Source: Okamejei kenojei
Lineage: Eukaryota
Length of the DNA stretch: 64,000 nt
Direction of reading: 5' to 3'
NCBI GenBank assembly: GCA_035221665.1
Contig: CM069140.1
Coordinates: 23,498,001-23,562,000 of the forward strand
The position numbers and the translations under genes were made by a program. Position 1 is the first letter of the stretch; each line of letters begins with the position of its first letter. Below the pieces are notes generated by a model. The model saw only the letters and a program-made list of their open reading frames with translations, was not told where the DNA came from and ran no database searches. This document shows positions 26,001 to 41,000 of the stretch, one piece after another.

Positions 26001-29000
26001 TCTCCTTCAATGAAGGAAATTTTAAAGTATTTTCTGTGTCTTGAAAACATTTGGGTAGCAGAGTAGTAGTTGGGTAGCAATTGGGTAGCAGAGTAGTAGT
26101 TTTCAGGTAATGTAGCTTTCAGATAATGCAGATTATTTAGTGATCAACCCACCTGTGAACTTCTGTTTCCCATTCTTTTGCCAGTTTATTGATTTTATCT
26201 CCCCTCTTGCACCTTGATGTTATTCCTTATTTACATTCTGAGTAATTTATTGTAATGCGATCTGATTTTGCTCAACCGTTGTAAGATTTTTTGAACCTTT
26301 TCAAAATGAATTACTGTTTTGGTAACTTGGTGTATTTATCCTTCCCCATCTGCTCCTTTAAAATAGATGTGACAAGAACATTTCTGGAGCCCAACTGGTA
26401 TCTTCTGCAGGTGATTGTGAAAAGAGGGAGGAGCTTCCACCTTTTGTGGGCCTGAACAATTTGGGAAATACATGTTACCTCAATAGTGTGCTTCAGGTAA
26501 AGTAGTCTGATCTTGGTCTTGCAAATTCTTGGAACTATCTTAATTAGAATCTGTTATGTTGTGTTCGTCACTTTCTGATTTTTGTAACGAGTTGAGGGTA
26601 CTGATTCTGGAATATTGTTTAGTTGGTACTTTTTAATTTGAATATGGAAGTTTTAAGCTATTTTAAATATAAATTGACGAGCATCCAACATGATAATTAT
26701 CTTAAATTATAAACTGGTATGCTAGTTTCAAAATTATACTTACAATGTAAACAATCAGATCCCTATCAATATTCAATACTAAAATGGATATGGATTAGGT
26801 GAAAATGGTCTAATTTAATTCTGAAACAGAACCTTGGTAATCAAATTAAGTGCCTATGGTTTAAATTCTTTAATTCATTCTTGCTCTATGTGGGACCAAA
26901 TACACATTTCCTCTCGTAAGTTGCTGCTTTTTAGCAATTTGTTCTGAGGTGCTGTGGGACACAAATGTAATGAGCAGAGAAAAAGATCTGTAATTTAATC
27001 AGTTCCATTGGTTATAGGATAAATGTTGCAAAGCAGAAATGGCTATTCAGCCCAACCAGTCAATTTGCACCCCACTCAAACCTCTTCCTGTCTTTCTTCA
27101 CCATTACTTGTGTTGGATGGCTTCACATGTTTTAGAAAGTAGAAACCTTCATTCATAATAATGCTTCCATTTTGAGTATTCCCTTGACCACATGTGTGAC
27201 AAAAAAAACCCCAAACCCAGTAAGCAGTATAATTTCTCAATTAGTCATTGAGAAAATGAAAGGACACATTTGTAAAATTATTCCAAAAGAAATTAAACTC
27301 GGGGAGGGCATGGTGGGTGGATATCAATCTGAAAGTAAACTTAAACAAAGGTTAGAATTTGCCATATACCCTTTGCTGGTCAGCTTTGGTTCAAATTATA
27401 GTACTTTCCTCCTGGGAGGATGTGAAGAAAAGTAGGATAGTTAAACAGGAATGTTCTCCTCGTAATCAAAACAGTGGTTAACCATTTTTTTTTTTTTGTT
27501 TTTGTTCATATTGGCTGCCATGTCCTTGTATAACAGTTATTCCATTTCACTGTCTGTAAAACAATTGTGGATGTTCTGAGAACCTAATGCAGATCTTTCT
27601 TTATTGAAACCGTTGATAAAATATTTAATAATAAATTATAAATCATAATTATTGTTGATTCAAAGAGCATTTTATGCCACAAGATGTGGACAAGCTGGCT
27701 AATGATAAAAGGCTGACAAACAAAATATCTGTTGTGCCATAATAAAGTGTGATTCCATTTAACAGGTCATAATGAGTGATTTTATGCTGATAAATGTCCA
27801 TTTGTAAATTCAGACTAATATCTTAGTTTGTTTAGATTTGTTTAAATTGTTTAATTTGTTTAATAAATATCTAGGTGTTGTATTATTGCCCTGGATTTAA
27901 AAGTAGGATGGAATTTATGTATGACATAATCACCAAGAAACAGGAGATACTGAAGAGGGACGAGGACTCCAAAACAGACCAGGTAATTTAGAGTGGGGAA
28001 AAAAACCTGCATGTCATCTGTGGAAAATGTTATGCATTTATAAGGGCGTTATAATTTACTGCTAGGTCTGAATCTAAAATAGCTTTCTTCATTTGTGTTA
28101 GTATTATAATCGTGTTGTCCACTGGCAACGTTAAAATAAGACTTGGTTTGAGTTCTTCTCAAACCTGTAAGTTTGTACAAGGTGGTATCTTAAACCAGCA
28201 CGAAATTGGAGAAACAAAATGGAGGATTCCAGCAAAGTAAAACTCAAAAGTCAGTAAACAAGTGCAAAACTACTATGATAAAAAGCATGACACCTTTTTC
28301 CTTTTCAAACTAACACGAAGGTATACATGTTATATTAACACTAGAATAACAGTAGTTAATCTTAATCAAGTATGTCCTGACAGTTCTAAATTTAAATTTG
28401 AAGCTAAATTTATATAAAATGTACATGACTAATCTATGAATGCTTCTGTGCTATAGGACGTAACAAATGGCCGAGAACAGTTGCCAATTTGTCTAGAGCT
28501 GATCTGCAACTTGCATAGCTTGATTATATCTATGGAACAGATACGGTCCAGCTATCTTCTGAATGCCGAAAATTACACAGAAGGGGAACTGGCTATTCAG
28601 CCTAAGAGATTGATGGGCACATTGAGGTAATGTAACAATAAATACAGCAACAAATTGTTAATAATATGTGGAAGGAGAATTGCAGGTTAGAATGCCCTTT
28701 TACAACCATTGAGTACTTTACATTTCATTAATTATTTTTAATACCAGAATTGTGTCAAAGGTTTCAGAAATATGAATATTTATACATGCCCAGGTAGAAA
28801 TATTGAACTAAGCGTTTGTCATATATACAAGTATACAGACTTACAGATACCATGAAAATCTTGCTTGCAGCAGTGTCACTGGAAGATAGATTCAGGCAAC
28901 ACATAAATATGTAAATTATGGATAAATTATCCAAATTCTACAAGACAGTGGGGAGAGAAAGGTCTGCAAAAAAAAAAACAGTGCTAAACATGTGGAAAAC

Positions 29001-32000
29001 TAGTCAATTAGAGTACAAGAGGCATTCCTTTGCTGAGGTAGAATTAAGGTTGTGCAGGCTGGGTCAATAACCTGATGGTTGTAGGAAAGTAGCTGCTCTT
29101 GACCTGGTGGTGCGGGACCTCAGATTTTTGTACTTCCTTTCCGGTGATAGAGTGAAAAGAGGGCATGGCCCGGCTTCCACAGTTCCATGCTGAAAAATGA
29201 GTTTTCATGAGGCAGTGACTGAATGCAGATGCTTTTGATGTTGGGGAAGTCTGTGCCCTTGTTGAACAGGGCATGGTCAGCCACTCTCATAAGCAGTGGT
29301 CGGCAACCTTGTTCTGCATAGGGGCCAGGACGCATGTCTGAGCAGATGGCGGGCCACGCCTATCACGTGTACACATGGATCCCGCATCGAGGACACCGCA
29401 GTGGCCCCAAGTTACGGCGTTCATGAACATGGCACACCTAGGGACCATTGCCTTGGCTCAGTCCTGAAGGCGGTGGCTCAAATATTCATACTCACTTGTC
29501 CCCGACCTATTGACAATCCCGATCTCAACAGTGAAGCCTGTACACAGGTGCACGGCCGTGTGGTGGCTTTGTGGCGCAGGTTTCCTTGCGTCACCGCGGC
29601 CTTGGGCCCGGGAGGAGGAGCCTGACCTTGCGCAGGGCGATGGGCAGCAGGATTGAATGTGTCTTTTTCACAGTGTTTCACCCGACCCTCTGTCCGAAAA
29701 TCACCTTCCAGGTACCGGAGGTGATGGAAGTCTGCGGGCCTGATGATTTTTTTAAAATCCCGATGAGGATAAAGAAATACGCCTGCGGGCTGGATGATTT
29801 CGGGTTACGGGCTGCATTCGGCCCGTGGGCTGTAGGCTGCCAACCACTGCTCTAAAGTCTCGCATTCCTGTACATTGGAATGTTTAGATGTACACCTCTT
29901 GCTTTTCCTATTCTTACTGCACGTCACTTGTCGTAAAGGCGATGACAATGTAACTCCATGTGCATACTTCAGACATTTAGTAGTTTAAAGTATCCATTCT
30001 TCATGAGCCTAAAAATTCATAGGATGTCCTTTTCCATTAGTCTCTGCTTGAATTGCACTGCAGGTTACTCAATATCAGAAATAGACATGAAACTAACTAA
30101 GATTGTCATTCTGCAGTTTGAAAAGTATTTTTGCACTGTTTGTACAGCTCTCCTGATACTAATTGAATAATTCCTTGTCTCCCACTTAATTGAACTTGGA
30201 TTCATCATGGTCAATTATTTAGGATAAATGTTGCAGAAACAGAAATGACTATTCAGCAGAAGAGTACAAGTACATTAGCTTCATAACAATGGCTTCACAG
30301 GCAGATAGGGTTGTGAAGGAGGTGTCTTCATTCGGGGTGCTGAGTACAGAAGTTGGGACACTAGTTGCAGTTGTAAATGAGCAAGGCTGCATTTATAGTA
30401 TTGTATACAGTTTTGGTTACTCTGCTATAGGAAAGATGACATTAAGCTGGAAAGAGTGCAAAGTGGATTTTTTAGAAGTGCTTGAGTTATACGCTGAAAG
30501 GTGCCTGAGTTATAGACAGGCTAGGATTCTATTCCTTGGGTGTAGGAGATTGAGGGCTGGCCTTGGAGGAGGGTGCCTAGATATGGTGAATGCACACCAT
30601 CTTTTTCCAGGATAGGGTAATCAAAAACTGGAGGGCATAGATATAAGGTGAGAGGGGAAAGGTTGTGCAATTTCTTCACACAAACGATGATAAAGAGCTA
30701 ATGGAGAAAGAGGTTGAGGAAGGTACAATATTTAAAAGACTCCCTTCAGCCTCCACAGTGCTCCAGAAAAAACAATCTAAGTTTGTCCAACCTCTATCTG
30801 GACTACACATCTCGCTCTGCCTCCTGTAAAGAGGCTATACCCTACTCCCAATTCCTCCGTCGAAGCTGCATCTGCCCAAGACGCACGTGGTGTCCCATAT
30901 TGGACATCTGAGATGTCCTCATTCTTTAGGGATCGGGGGTTCCCACACACCCCATCGGCCGTCGCATACAGCACATAATCCTCCAACATTTTCGCCACTT
31001 CCAGTGGGTTCCCAACACTAGTCACATCTTCCCATTTCCATTGCTTTTCGCAGAGACCGTTCCCTCCACAACTCCCTGATTAACACATCCCTTCCCACCC
31101 AAACCACCCCATCCCCAGGTACTTTCCCCTACAACTGCAGGAGTTGCAACACCTGTCCCAATATCTCCTCCCTCGATTCTGTCCAAGGACCCCGACAGTC
31201 CTTTCAGGCGAGGCAAAGGTTCATTTGCGTCACTTCTAACCTCATCTACTGTATCTGCTGTTCCAGGTGTGGACTCCTATATATTGGGGAGACCATACGC
31301 AGACTCGGCAATTGTTTCGCTGAACACCTCCGCTCAATCCGCCTAGGCCTACGTGATTTCCCGGTCGCTAAACACTTTATCTCCCCCTCCCATTCCCATG
31401 TTGACCTTTCTGTACTGGGCCTCCTCAATGTCAATGAGGCCAAATGCAAATTGGAGGAAACCGCATCTCATATTTCGCTCAGGCAGCTTATAACCCAGCA
31501 AAATGAATATTGATTTCTCTACCTTGCTTTCCCTTTCTCTCCGTCCCTCCCCCATCCTAGTTCTCCAACTTGTTTTACGGTCCTAATTAATTTTATGCCC
31601 TGTCTCCTTCCCCATAGCCAACAATGAACCATTCTTCTTGAATGAACACATTTCCTTGATCATCGTCTGCTTTGATCTGTTGTTTGCACACCTTACTTTC
31701 TCTCTGTACCCTTCCATATCACTAGTTTTCCTCTCCCCGATTCCATTTGAAGAAGGGTCTCGACCCGAAAAGTCACCCATTCCTTTCCAGAAATGCTGCC
31801 TGCCCTGCTGAGTTACTCCAGCATTTTGTCTGTCTTCCATATAAGATTATAATTGCAATGTGTTACCAATATATCCAAGTTCAGTGTAAAGAATGAATTG
31901 ACATTAGATTAAACTAATGCACAGTCCAAAATAATGATATATACTTTCCACATGTGTTTTAGAGAGCTGAATCCAATGTATGATGGCTATCTCCAGCATG

Positions 32001-35000
32001 ATGCACAGGAAGTTTTGCAGTGCATTTTAGGATATATCTTAGAAGCTTGCCAGTTATTAAAGAGTCACACATCTACTGAAGAAAATATTGATCCTGAAAC
32101 GAGTATGGAGAATAAAACGAACAAGTCCATCGAAATCTCCAATGACAAAAATATTGTTGTACAAGACAACCATGAAATGCCTGATCTGAAGAAAGAGGAA
32201 ATACTCAAGAAAAACGGAAAAAGAAAAAGTGACACACAAACAGGCAATGCCATGAAAAGAGCTAAGTTGCCAAAAGATCCAAAAAACATAGAAGGGAAAC
32301 GACAAACACGAGGGAAGAGGAAACCTTCAGGTGACGATATTGTGCAAGAACCTGACACTGATGTTAAGCGTGTATCTGTAAATGGCACTGCTTGCATAGT
32401 TGCTGAGAAAAAAAAACGACTTGGATTAAGATGGCTAAAACCTACATTGAACCAGCCAAGTATACTTTCAAAATTCTGTAGTCTTGGAAAATCAGGATCA
32501 AATGTAAGCACGAAAGATTCACGTAATGTAGATGCAAATGGACATCAGCCAAATGTTAGCAAAAATGTAAATGGGGACTGCTCGACAGATTGCAACTGTT
32601 CTTCCTCAAGCTCTGCAACCCAGTGTATTAAAGAAATTGCCAGTAAGAAAAATCAAGATTTGTGTGAAATTGAAGACATGAGCAGAAATAAAACAGGTTA
32701 GTGAATCTATAAGATCCATTGAGATTTTTGAGCAAAGGGGGGGGGGTGCAGACTATCAGGATTCACTCATTATCTCAGTTGGCATCTCACAATGCCAGTT
32801 GTAGACTTTTTTCTGATCTTGGTATGATATAATTCTACCAAGATGTAACGGCAAATAACATCTGGAAGAAAGGGAAAGCAAAAAGATGCAACCAAATTGT
32901 TGAAAGTAATGTCTGAAAAACAGGAAATGAAATTGTCCCTGAATCTGGTGGTATGCGTTTTCGCACTTCTGTACCTCTTGTCTGATGGGAGAGAGGCGAA
33001 GAGGGTGTCCGGGGTGAGACTCGTCAATGAATATGCTGGCGGCCTTGCTGAGGCAGCGTGAAGTGTAGATGGAATCAATGGAAAGGAGGTTTGTTTGCAT
33101 GATGGCCTAGGTTGCGTCCACAATCTGCAAATTGGCAGAGCCCATGGCCTAGGTCAGAGTCTGCGGCTGATGGAGCAAATGGCTTATGGAGCCTGGGTCG
33201 GCAGAGCCCGCACACTGCGGTCTTGGATGGAGCTGTTCACAAACCATGCTGTAATGCATCCTGATAAAATGCTATCTATAGCGCCTTTAGAAGTTGTTGG
33301 TGAAATGCTGAACTTCTTAAGCCTTCTAAGGAAGTAGAGGTACTGGTCCGACTTAAGGGTTATGTTCCATAAACCCTTTTGTAAGTCAGATTTTATGTAA
33401 GTCTGAATCAAGTCTGAATGGATGTTTTAATAGAATGGAAGATTGGTGACTCCCAAAATATATCTTGTAAGGGATAATGAGGGAGTAGGGTTGAATGTAT
33501 AAAACCAAATGTGAAGAGTATTCTTCAACAGACTATACCAATCCAAAGGGTCTTGTGCAAATTGCTCAGGACAAGTGATTGAAAGTCATTGACAAAATCA
33601 GCATATGGCAATTTTATGCTCGATCAAGAGATAACTTAGAAACATAGAAATTAGGTGCAGGAGTAGGCCATTCGGCCCTTCGAGCCTGCTCCGCCATTCA
33701 ATATGATCATGGCTGATCATCCAACTAAGTATCCTATACCTGCCTTCTCTCCATACCCCCGATCCCTTTAGCCACAAGGGCCACATCTAACTCCCTCTTA
33801 AATATAGCTAATGAAATGGCCTCAACTACCTTCTGTGGCAGAGAATTCCAGAGACTCACCACTCTGTGTGAAAAATGTTTTCCTCATCTCGGTCCTAAAG
33901 GAATTCACCCTTATCCTTAGACTGACCCCTTGTTCTAGACCTCCCCAACATCGGGAACAATCTTCCTGTATCTAGCCTGTCCAACCCCTTAAGAATTTTG
34001 TACGTTTCTATAAGATCCCCCCTCAGTCTTCTAAATTCAAACTTCTCCAAACTGTGTGAAAGATGATAGATCTGTCACTACAACCAACACATCAACAGAA
34101 TTCTCATGACCACATTGACCAGCAGTCTGCAGCTTCGATTGGATTTAAACACAATCACATTGCCTGTGATCAAGCATCTCTATTTGATCTTATTTTCAGA
34201 ACCAGTTGCTACAAAAGAAACAGTAAGGAGTTTATTGCTTTTACATGATGAGTGAGCTGTTCAATAGGTTTCAGACTAATTCTAAGCAGAGTCAACATGT
34301 AACTCAGTGTTTAGCAAGCACAGCATCAACTATTGATGCTTATGTAACAGATCGGTTACAGTTTCTGCCATGCTTTTGACATTTTCTATAGGGGCTGTAC
34401 TTGTGTCTACAGTGCTGATTAACTGAACAATGGCTTTTGTCAAATTAGCAGACAGCTCCTTGTGCAGCCATGATTCGGTGAAATACTTTACGAAACCCAG
34501 AGCAGCTCCTGTAAGTGGGACAGCGCACAGCTAGAATGGTGCTTGTCAGCATAATTTGCATGAACAATTGTACGATGTGCTAATGTCACTCATGGGCTTT
34601 GGGGTTGGTTGCCTATGCTTCATCACATGCAATGTGTGAGAGAGACATATTTTGGCACAACTCAGAAATTCAGAAGTGGGCTTGAAGAATTGTCTACGTA
34701 AATGCGAGTTTATGTACAGTGCCCCCCCATAATGTTTGGGACAAAGCCCCATCATTTATTTGCCCCTGTACTCCACAATTTGAGATTTGTAATAGACAGG
34801 CATGATATTCTACCAATTTAAATCGGAAATTCCGTGGGTTTTTTTTGTCGTCCAATCAGCTGCTGTCGCTAAGGGTGTCTCGTCCAATCACATAATGCGC
34901 TCCGTACGGTCACTTGGCGGCCAATCAACCGAAGGGGGTTGTGTCCCTTCACCGAGCAACTTCTCTTAAAATTCCCGTCCAATCGACAAATCGGTCTCCT

Positions 35001-38000
35001 GCCGTCCAATCAGCTGCTGTTTCCAAGGGTGTTGCGTCCAATCACATAATGCGTTGATTCAGACGCAGTCTCTGAGGGGCATTGCGATCAATCACCGACC
35101 AGCTTCCCTTACTGAAGCAGAAGATGGCTGCAGAAGCCAATGGAACAGAACATGTTAGCAGCTCAATAGGCAAGAAAGAAGCACAGGGAAGCCATGCTGA
35201 GCAAGTTTACAAAAATAAAGTGTCGGGCAAAGAGGAAGTCAAACTAGAGTTTAGGTAATGTTACATGTCATAGGTTTATCAATCACTTTTTCTGTGCTAG
35301 GTAGGCAAAGACATTTTCAGGTAACATTTTTTGTAGAGATTTTTTTAGCTATATGAAGTCATTAATTTCATGAAATATTTATCTTTTGGGGGTTATTTTA
35401 CTGGTTATGTGTTAGAAAAAATCTAAGCTGTTATGTAAACTACCAGCAGAAAGCTTGGGAATCACTTTCAATTTATTGAAAATGCAGGAGCTTGCCACCT
35501 GAACCCCCACTGGGGGGCTGCCCCTCCCCTGGATCCCGCCGGGGGACTAGCCAGCCTCCTGGACCCCCGGCCTATACTTCCTACTTTTTTTTTCTCTGGA
35601 GGTGAATATCATGCCTGAATAGAAAAAAATCACATGTGGTTAAAGTGTACATTGTCAGATTTTAATAAAGGCCATTTTCATACATTTTGGTTTCACCATG
35701 TAGAAATTACAAGTGTTCAGACACAGCCCCCCCCCCCCCCCCCAATTTCAGGGCACCATAATGTTTGGGACACAGCAGTCACGTAAATGAAAGTAGTCAT
35801 GTTTAGTATTTTGTTGCATATCCTTTGCACGCAATAACTGCTTGAAGTCCGCGAATCATGGATATCACCAGTGGCTGGGTGTATTGCAGCCATCTTTAGT
35901 TTATGCTTGTTTTGGGGGCTCGTCCCCTTCAGTTTTCTCTTCAGCATATAAAAGACTTGCTCAATAGGGTTCAGATCGGGTGATTGACATGGCCACTCAA
36001 GAATTGACCATTTTTTAGCTTTGAAAAACTCCTTTGTTGCTTTGGCAGTATGTTTGGGATCATTGTCTTGCTGTAGAATGAACCGCCGACCAATGAATTT
36101 TGAGGCATTTATTTGAACTTGACCAGATAGGATGTGTCTATACACTTCAGAATTCATTATGCTACTACCATCAGCAGTTGTATCATAAATGAAGATAAGT
36201 GAGCCAGTACCTTCAGCCATACATGCCCAGGCCATGACATCCCCACCACTGTGTTTCATTGATGAGGTGGTATGCTTTGGATCTTGGGCTGTTCCTTCAC
36301 TCCTCTTTGCTTTGCTTTTGCCATCCTCTGATATAAGTTAATCTCATCTATCCACCAGATCTTTTTCCAGAACTGTGGTTGCTCTTTTAAGGTCGACAAA
36401 AATGCTGGAGAAACTCAGCGGGCGAGGCAGCATCTATGGAGCGAAGGAAATAGGCAACGTTTTGGGTTGAATTTGGTCGAAAATGTTTCTCTTTTTAGTA
36501 CTTATCTTGCTCTTTTAAGTACTTTTGTCTATCCGTAAGCTAGCAATCCTATTTCTGCCGCTAACCGGTGGTTTGCAACTTGCAGTGAAGCCTCTGTATT
36601 TCTGTTCATAAACTCTTCTGCGGACAGTGGTCATTGACAAATCCACACCTGACTCCTGAAGAGTTACTGATCTGTCGGACAGGTGTTTGGAGATTTTTCT
36701 TTATTATAGGGCAAATTCGTCTCATCAGCTGTGGAGGTCTTCCTTGGCCTGCCAGTTCCTTTGCGATTAGTAAGCTCACCAGTGCTCTCTTTCATCTTAA
36801 TGATATTCCAAACAGTTGATTTTGGTAAGCCTAAGGTTTGGCTGATATCTCTTAACAGTTTTACTCTTGTGTCTTAGTCTCATAATGGCTTCTTTGACTT
36901 TCATTGGCACACCTTTGGTGCTCATGTTGATAAATAGCAATAAAATTTTCCAAAGGTGTTGGAAGGTCTGGAGGAAAGGCTAGGTGCTGAGAGCTCTCTT
37001 TATACCTGCATTAAGGAGGCAATTAATCATACCTGTGAAGCCATGTGTCCCAAACATTATGGTGCGCTGAAATGGGGGGGAGACTATGTATAAACACAGC
37101 TGTAATTTCTACATGGTGAAACCAAAATTTATTTAAAAAAATACCCTTTAATAAAATCTGACAATGTGCGCTTTAACCATATGTGATTTTTTTTTTTTTC
37201 TATTACAAATCTCAAATTGTGGAGTACAGAGGCAAATAAATAAATAATGGTTCTGTGTCCCAAACATGGAGGGCACAGTAGGTTGCTTATTGCATAATTC
37301 GGAAAGAGGCGGTATTTTAACGTACTTACTCCCTTATTTGAATAACTGCATTTCACACTACAGATAATAACACTTAACTGATTCAATCACTTTTCACCAT
37401 TTGTGCAATGGCAATGTAACTATCAAGGAACAAAAAAATCTCATTAATTGGGGAGTGTCTAATTGTGGCTGTCAGCAGAATGTGAGAAATTTGAAATGTG
37501 TTGCTTCTGTGTTTCCATATCATTAAAAATAATCCAAAGCTACATATGAGCTTTATTTCTGCAGTTTTTCATTCAATGTTTGTGATTTATATCTGACATA
37601 CAGAAGAGAGTAGCCTAATTGTTAAGTTACAGTATGTTGTGAGATTTATGTGGTAAATAGTGAATAGAATATAAATATTACCTGTACAGTAGTACAATAC
37701 TTATCAATAGTTCCTACCATTCATTACTCTTATAATGCCTCAGAAAAGGTTTGGTTTGTTGATTTCTGTTCCAAAGCATAAAAGAGACAAGTGGGCAAGA
37801 AATTTAAATTTGTGACTTCAGGGACACTTGAAAAAATGTCAACACTCTTCACTCCTTAGATCACAAGATTTTTTAATATAACACATGGTATTAACAGTTC
37901 TTTTTTGTTTAGAATTGTCTGGCTTTGAACTGATGGATGCAATGTTCCAAGGACAGTTAGTTCTTAGAACACGATGCTTGGAGTGTGAATGTTACTCTGA

Positions 38001-41000
38001 ACGAAGAGAGAATTTCCAAGACATCAGTGTACCTGTTCAAGAGAATGACTCCAAGGAGAAGGGCTCTGAGAGTAAGTTATTTAATTACTCCATTTGCATT
38101 TAGTAAATGCAGTGCATAATGTTTAGTATAGTGGAACATTATTTTACTGCTGTAAAAGCAAGAAATCTGAATTTTTTTTAAATGCTGGAAATAATCAACT
38201 TATCAGGAAAAAAATATTGATTGCCCTGCTGAATATTTCTGTCTTTTTTGTTATGATTTTGTGTTACGTTTGCAGTTTGTTGGGTAGGTTGAGGAAAGCT
38301 TTTAAAAATTTGGGAGGAGAATGGTATATCCATGAAATTACCTCTTCTCAAACACCAGATGTGGTCGGACTACATTTGAATACACTATTCAGTTCTGAAT
38401 AAACCCAGTAACTACAGACCAGACAATTGAATGCTGGTGGTAGGGAATTATTCTAAGCAATGATCAGGGATAGAATTAACAATCGCTTGGAGAAGCGTAG
38501 ATTGATTAGAGAAGGTCTGCATCAATTTGTTTAAAGATAAATTCAGTCCAACTAATTTGAAAGTATTTGGATGGAGTAACAGAAGGAGTCAAAGATATGG
38601 TGAAATACAGTGGAATTCTGATATCTGACACATCTGGGACTTTGGAGCCGCCAGACCGATTTCCAATTATTGGGGCAGTTATGGAAAAACCATCCAATAC
38701 AGTATTCAGGTGACTTGACAGAGAGCACAGCAAACATCACCTGGTGAGCCAGAAGCTGAACCATTCAGATTTCTTAAGTCTAATATCAGAATATTGGAGT
38801 TTTACTGTCAATAAATTTGCAACCATTATTTGATACTGTCATGGAATGGTCTTGTCATCAAGGTTGAAACCCATGGAATAAAAGAGGCTGTAAAGTGAAT
38901 TTTAAACACTTGGCTAATGAGCAGGCAGCGATTGTGATCTGCGAAGTGTGCAGCGGTGATCCCCATGGTTCAGTACTGAGATTGTATTGGGAGTACTGCA
39001 TTTCTTAACAAATTGCTTTAAGGCACAAAATTATAAGGAAAAAATGGAATAACGTTTGTGATTTTCTTCCAGTCTCACCCGAACCAAAGATGGAGATAAA
39101 AACACTGAAGTGGGCAATATCGCAGTTTGCTTCAGTGGAAAGAATAGTTGGTGAAGACAAATATTTCTGTGAAAACTGTCGTCATTACACAGAAGCTGAA
39201 CGCAGCTTGTTGTTTGACAAGATGCCAGAAGTTGTGACTATCCATTTAAAGTGCTTTGCAGCATGTAACTCAGAGTAAGTATGAAAATCGCTGTGATTTG
39301 AATTTTATGTAATCTGATTTTTGTTTTCCCCCCCATCTGCTTTGTTTTGCTCCGTGTATGAGATTTTGCCATGTTTCCGTCCTCAGTGTTTTTATTCATT
39401 TCTTTCTGGATTTGAGCAGTGCGGACGAGGTCAGCATTTATTGCCTATTCTACTTGTCCTTTAAGTTGGTGGTAGGCTGCCTTCTTGTACCGTTGCCTTT
39501 CTTCTGAAAAGGGTTTTCCAGCAAAGTGTTCCAGGATTTTGACCCAGAGATGTTAAATGACTTGATATTTCAAAGTCAAGACGGTGCATAACATGGAGGA
39601 GAAACTGCAGGTATTCCATGGCATTCCATGTGTCTGCTGCCCTTGTCCTCCTGGCTGGTAGAGATTTTGGGTTTGGGAGATGTCCATTTCATTTTGTAGG
39701 TGGTATGCACTGCAGCCATTGTGCTGCTAGTGAAGAGAATGAGGTGGAGGTGAGTATTTAATTGTCATATGTACGAAAACGGAACTATTAAATTATTTCT
39801 TGCAGCAGCGCAAAGTTTGTAAACATAGTACGTAAACAAAAAAGTTCAATAAGTAAAAATACCAATATAGTATAAAACAAATCCCTACGTCTTTAGTACA
39901 ATCAAGTCAGTTCGTAGTGTTTAATAAATAGCCTGATGGTTGTTGGGAAGAAGCTCTTCCTTAACCAGGCCATCACGATTTTCAGACTCGAATAACATCT
40001 TTCCCGATTGTAGGAATGAAATGAGAGTGCGGCCAGGATGATGTAGGTCCTTGATGCTGGCATCCACCTTTGGTGGGGATGTCAGTACCCATGATGGGCC
40101 AGCCAGGATCCACCATTTATTGAAATCTTCATTCCTGGGCGTTCCCGAGTTGCCAAACCAAGCCAGAATGCTCGAGAGCATTCGTCGACATACCAAATCC
40201 CCTCAATCTTTTAAGGAAGTAAGAGTTTTCATTATGATTGCATCAATGTACTAAGCCCAGGACAGATCTTCAGAGATATGCACATCCAGGAACTTGAGTT
40301 GATGGTTGGGGAACTGTTGATGCCAATTCTTGCCAATTGTGTTCTGTTAATGAGGAAGTTGATGATTCAGTTGCAAAGAGATGAGCTTGGTAACAGGTTT
40401 GGAGGAGATAGTGTTGAACGCTGAGTTGTTGATGAACAACAGCACAATGTGTGTTTATATGGTCCAGTGGAGAGCCAGTGAAATTGCATCGCCTGTTGGT
40501 CAATTGTGGCAGTCGGCAAATTGTGTATCCAGGTTCTTGCTAAGGTAGAAATTGCTCTGCACCATAACAAACCTCTTAAAACACTTCTTCACCATGGACG
40601 CTAGTGCCATTGGTCAGTAATCATTGAAGCATGTCACCTTGCTCTTTTTGGCCTTTTTAAAGCAGGTGGGCACCTCAGACTTGAGTAATGATAACTTAGC
40701 GATGTCCGCATATTATTGATTGCTAGTGTGCCAAACAAATGGACTGGTTTATCCTGGATCGTGCGAAACTTGTTGATAATTAGTAGAGCAGCAATACTCC
40801 TGGAAGCTGGCAACTTCATTTTTTTTTTAGAGATACAGTGTGGTAACAGGACCTTCCGCGCACCCGAGTCCACACCAACCAACAATCATCCCTTAATTGT
40901 CGAGGGACAATTCACAGAAGCCAATTAATCTACAAACCTACAAGTCTTGGAATGTGGGAGGAAACAGGAGCATCCGGCAAAACCCCACGAGGAGAACGTG

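Noticed and set aside
32057-32511. Antisense ORFs over USP1 exons (also 41809-42298)
   Set aside because: Shadow ORFs of real coding exons
35717-36259. Tc1 transposase as an active or domesticated gene
   Set aside because: N-terminal part is interrupted by a Penelope-tail insertion (about 36390-36500) and the C-terminus is frameshifted
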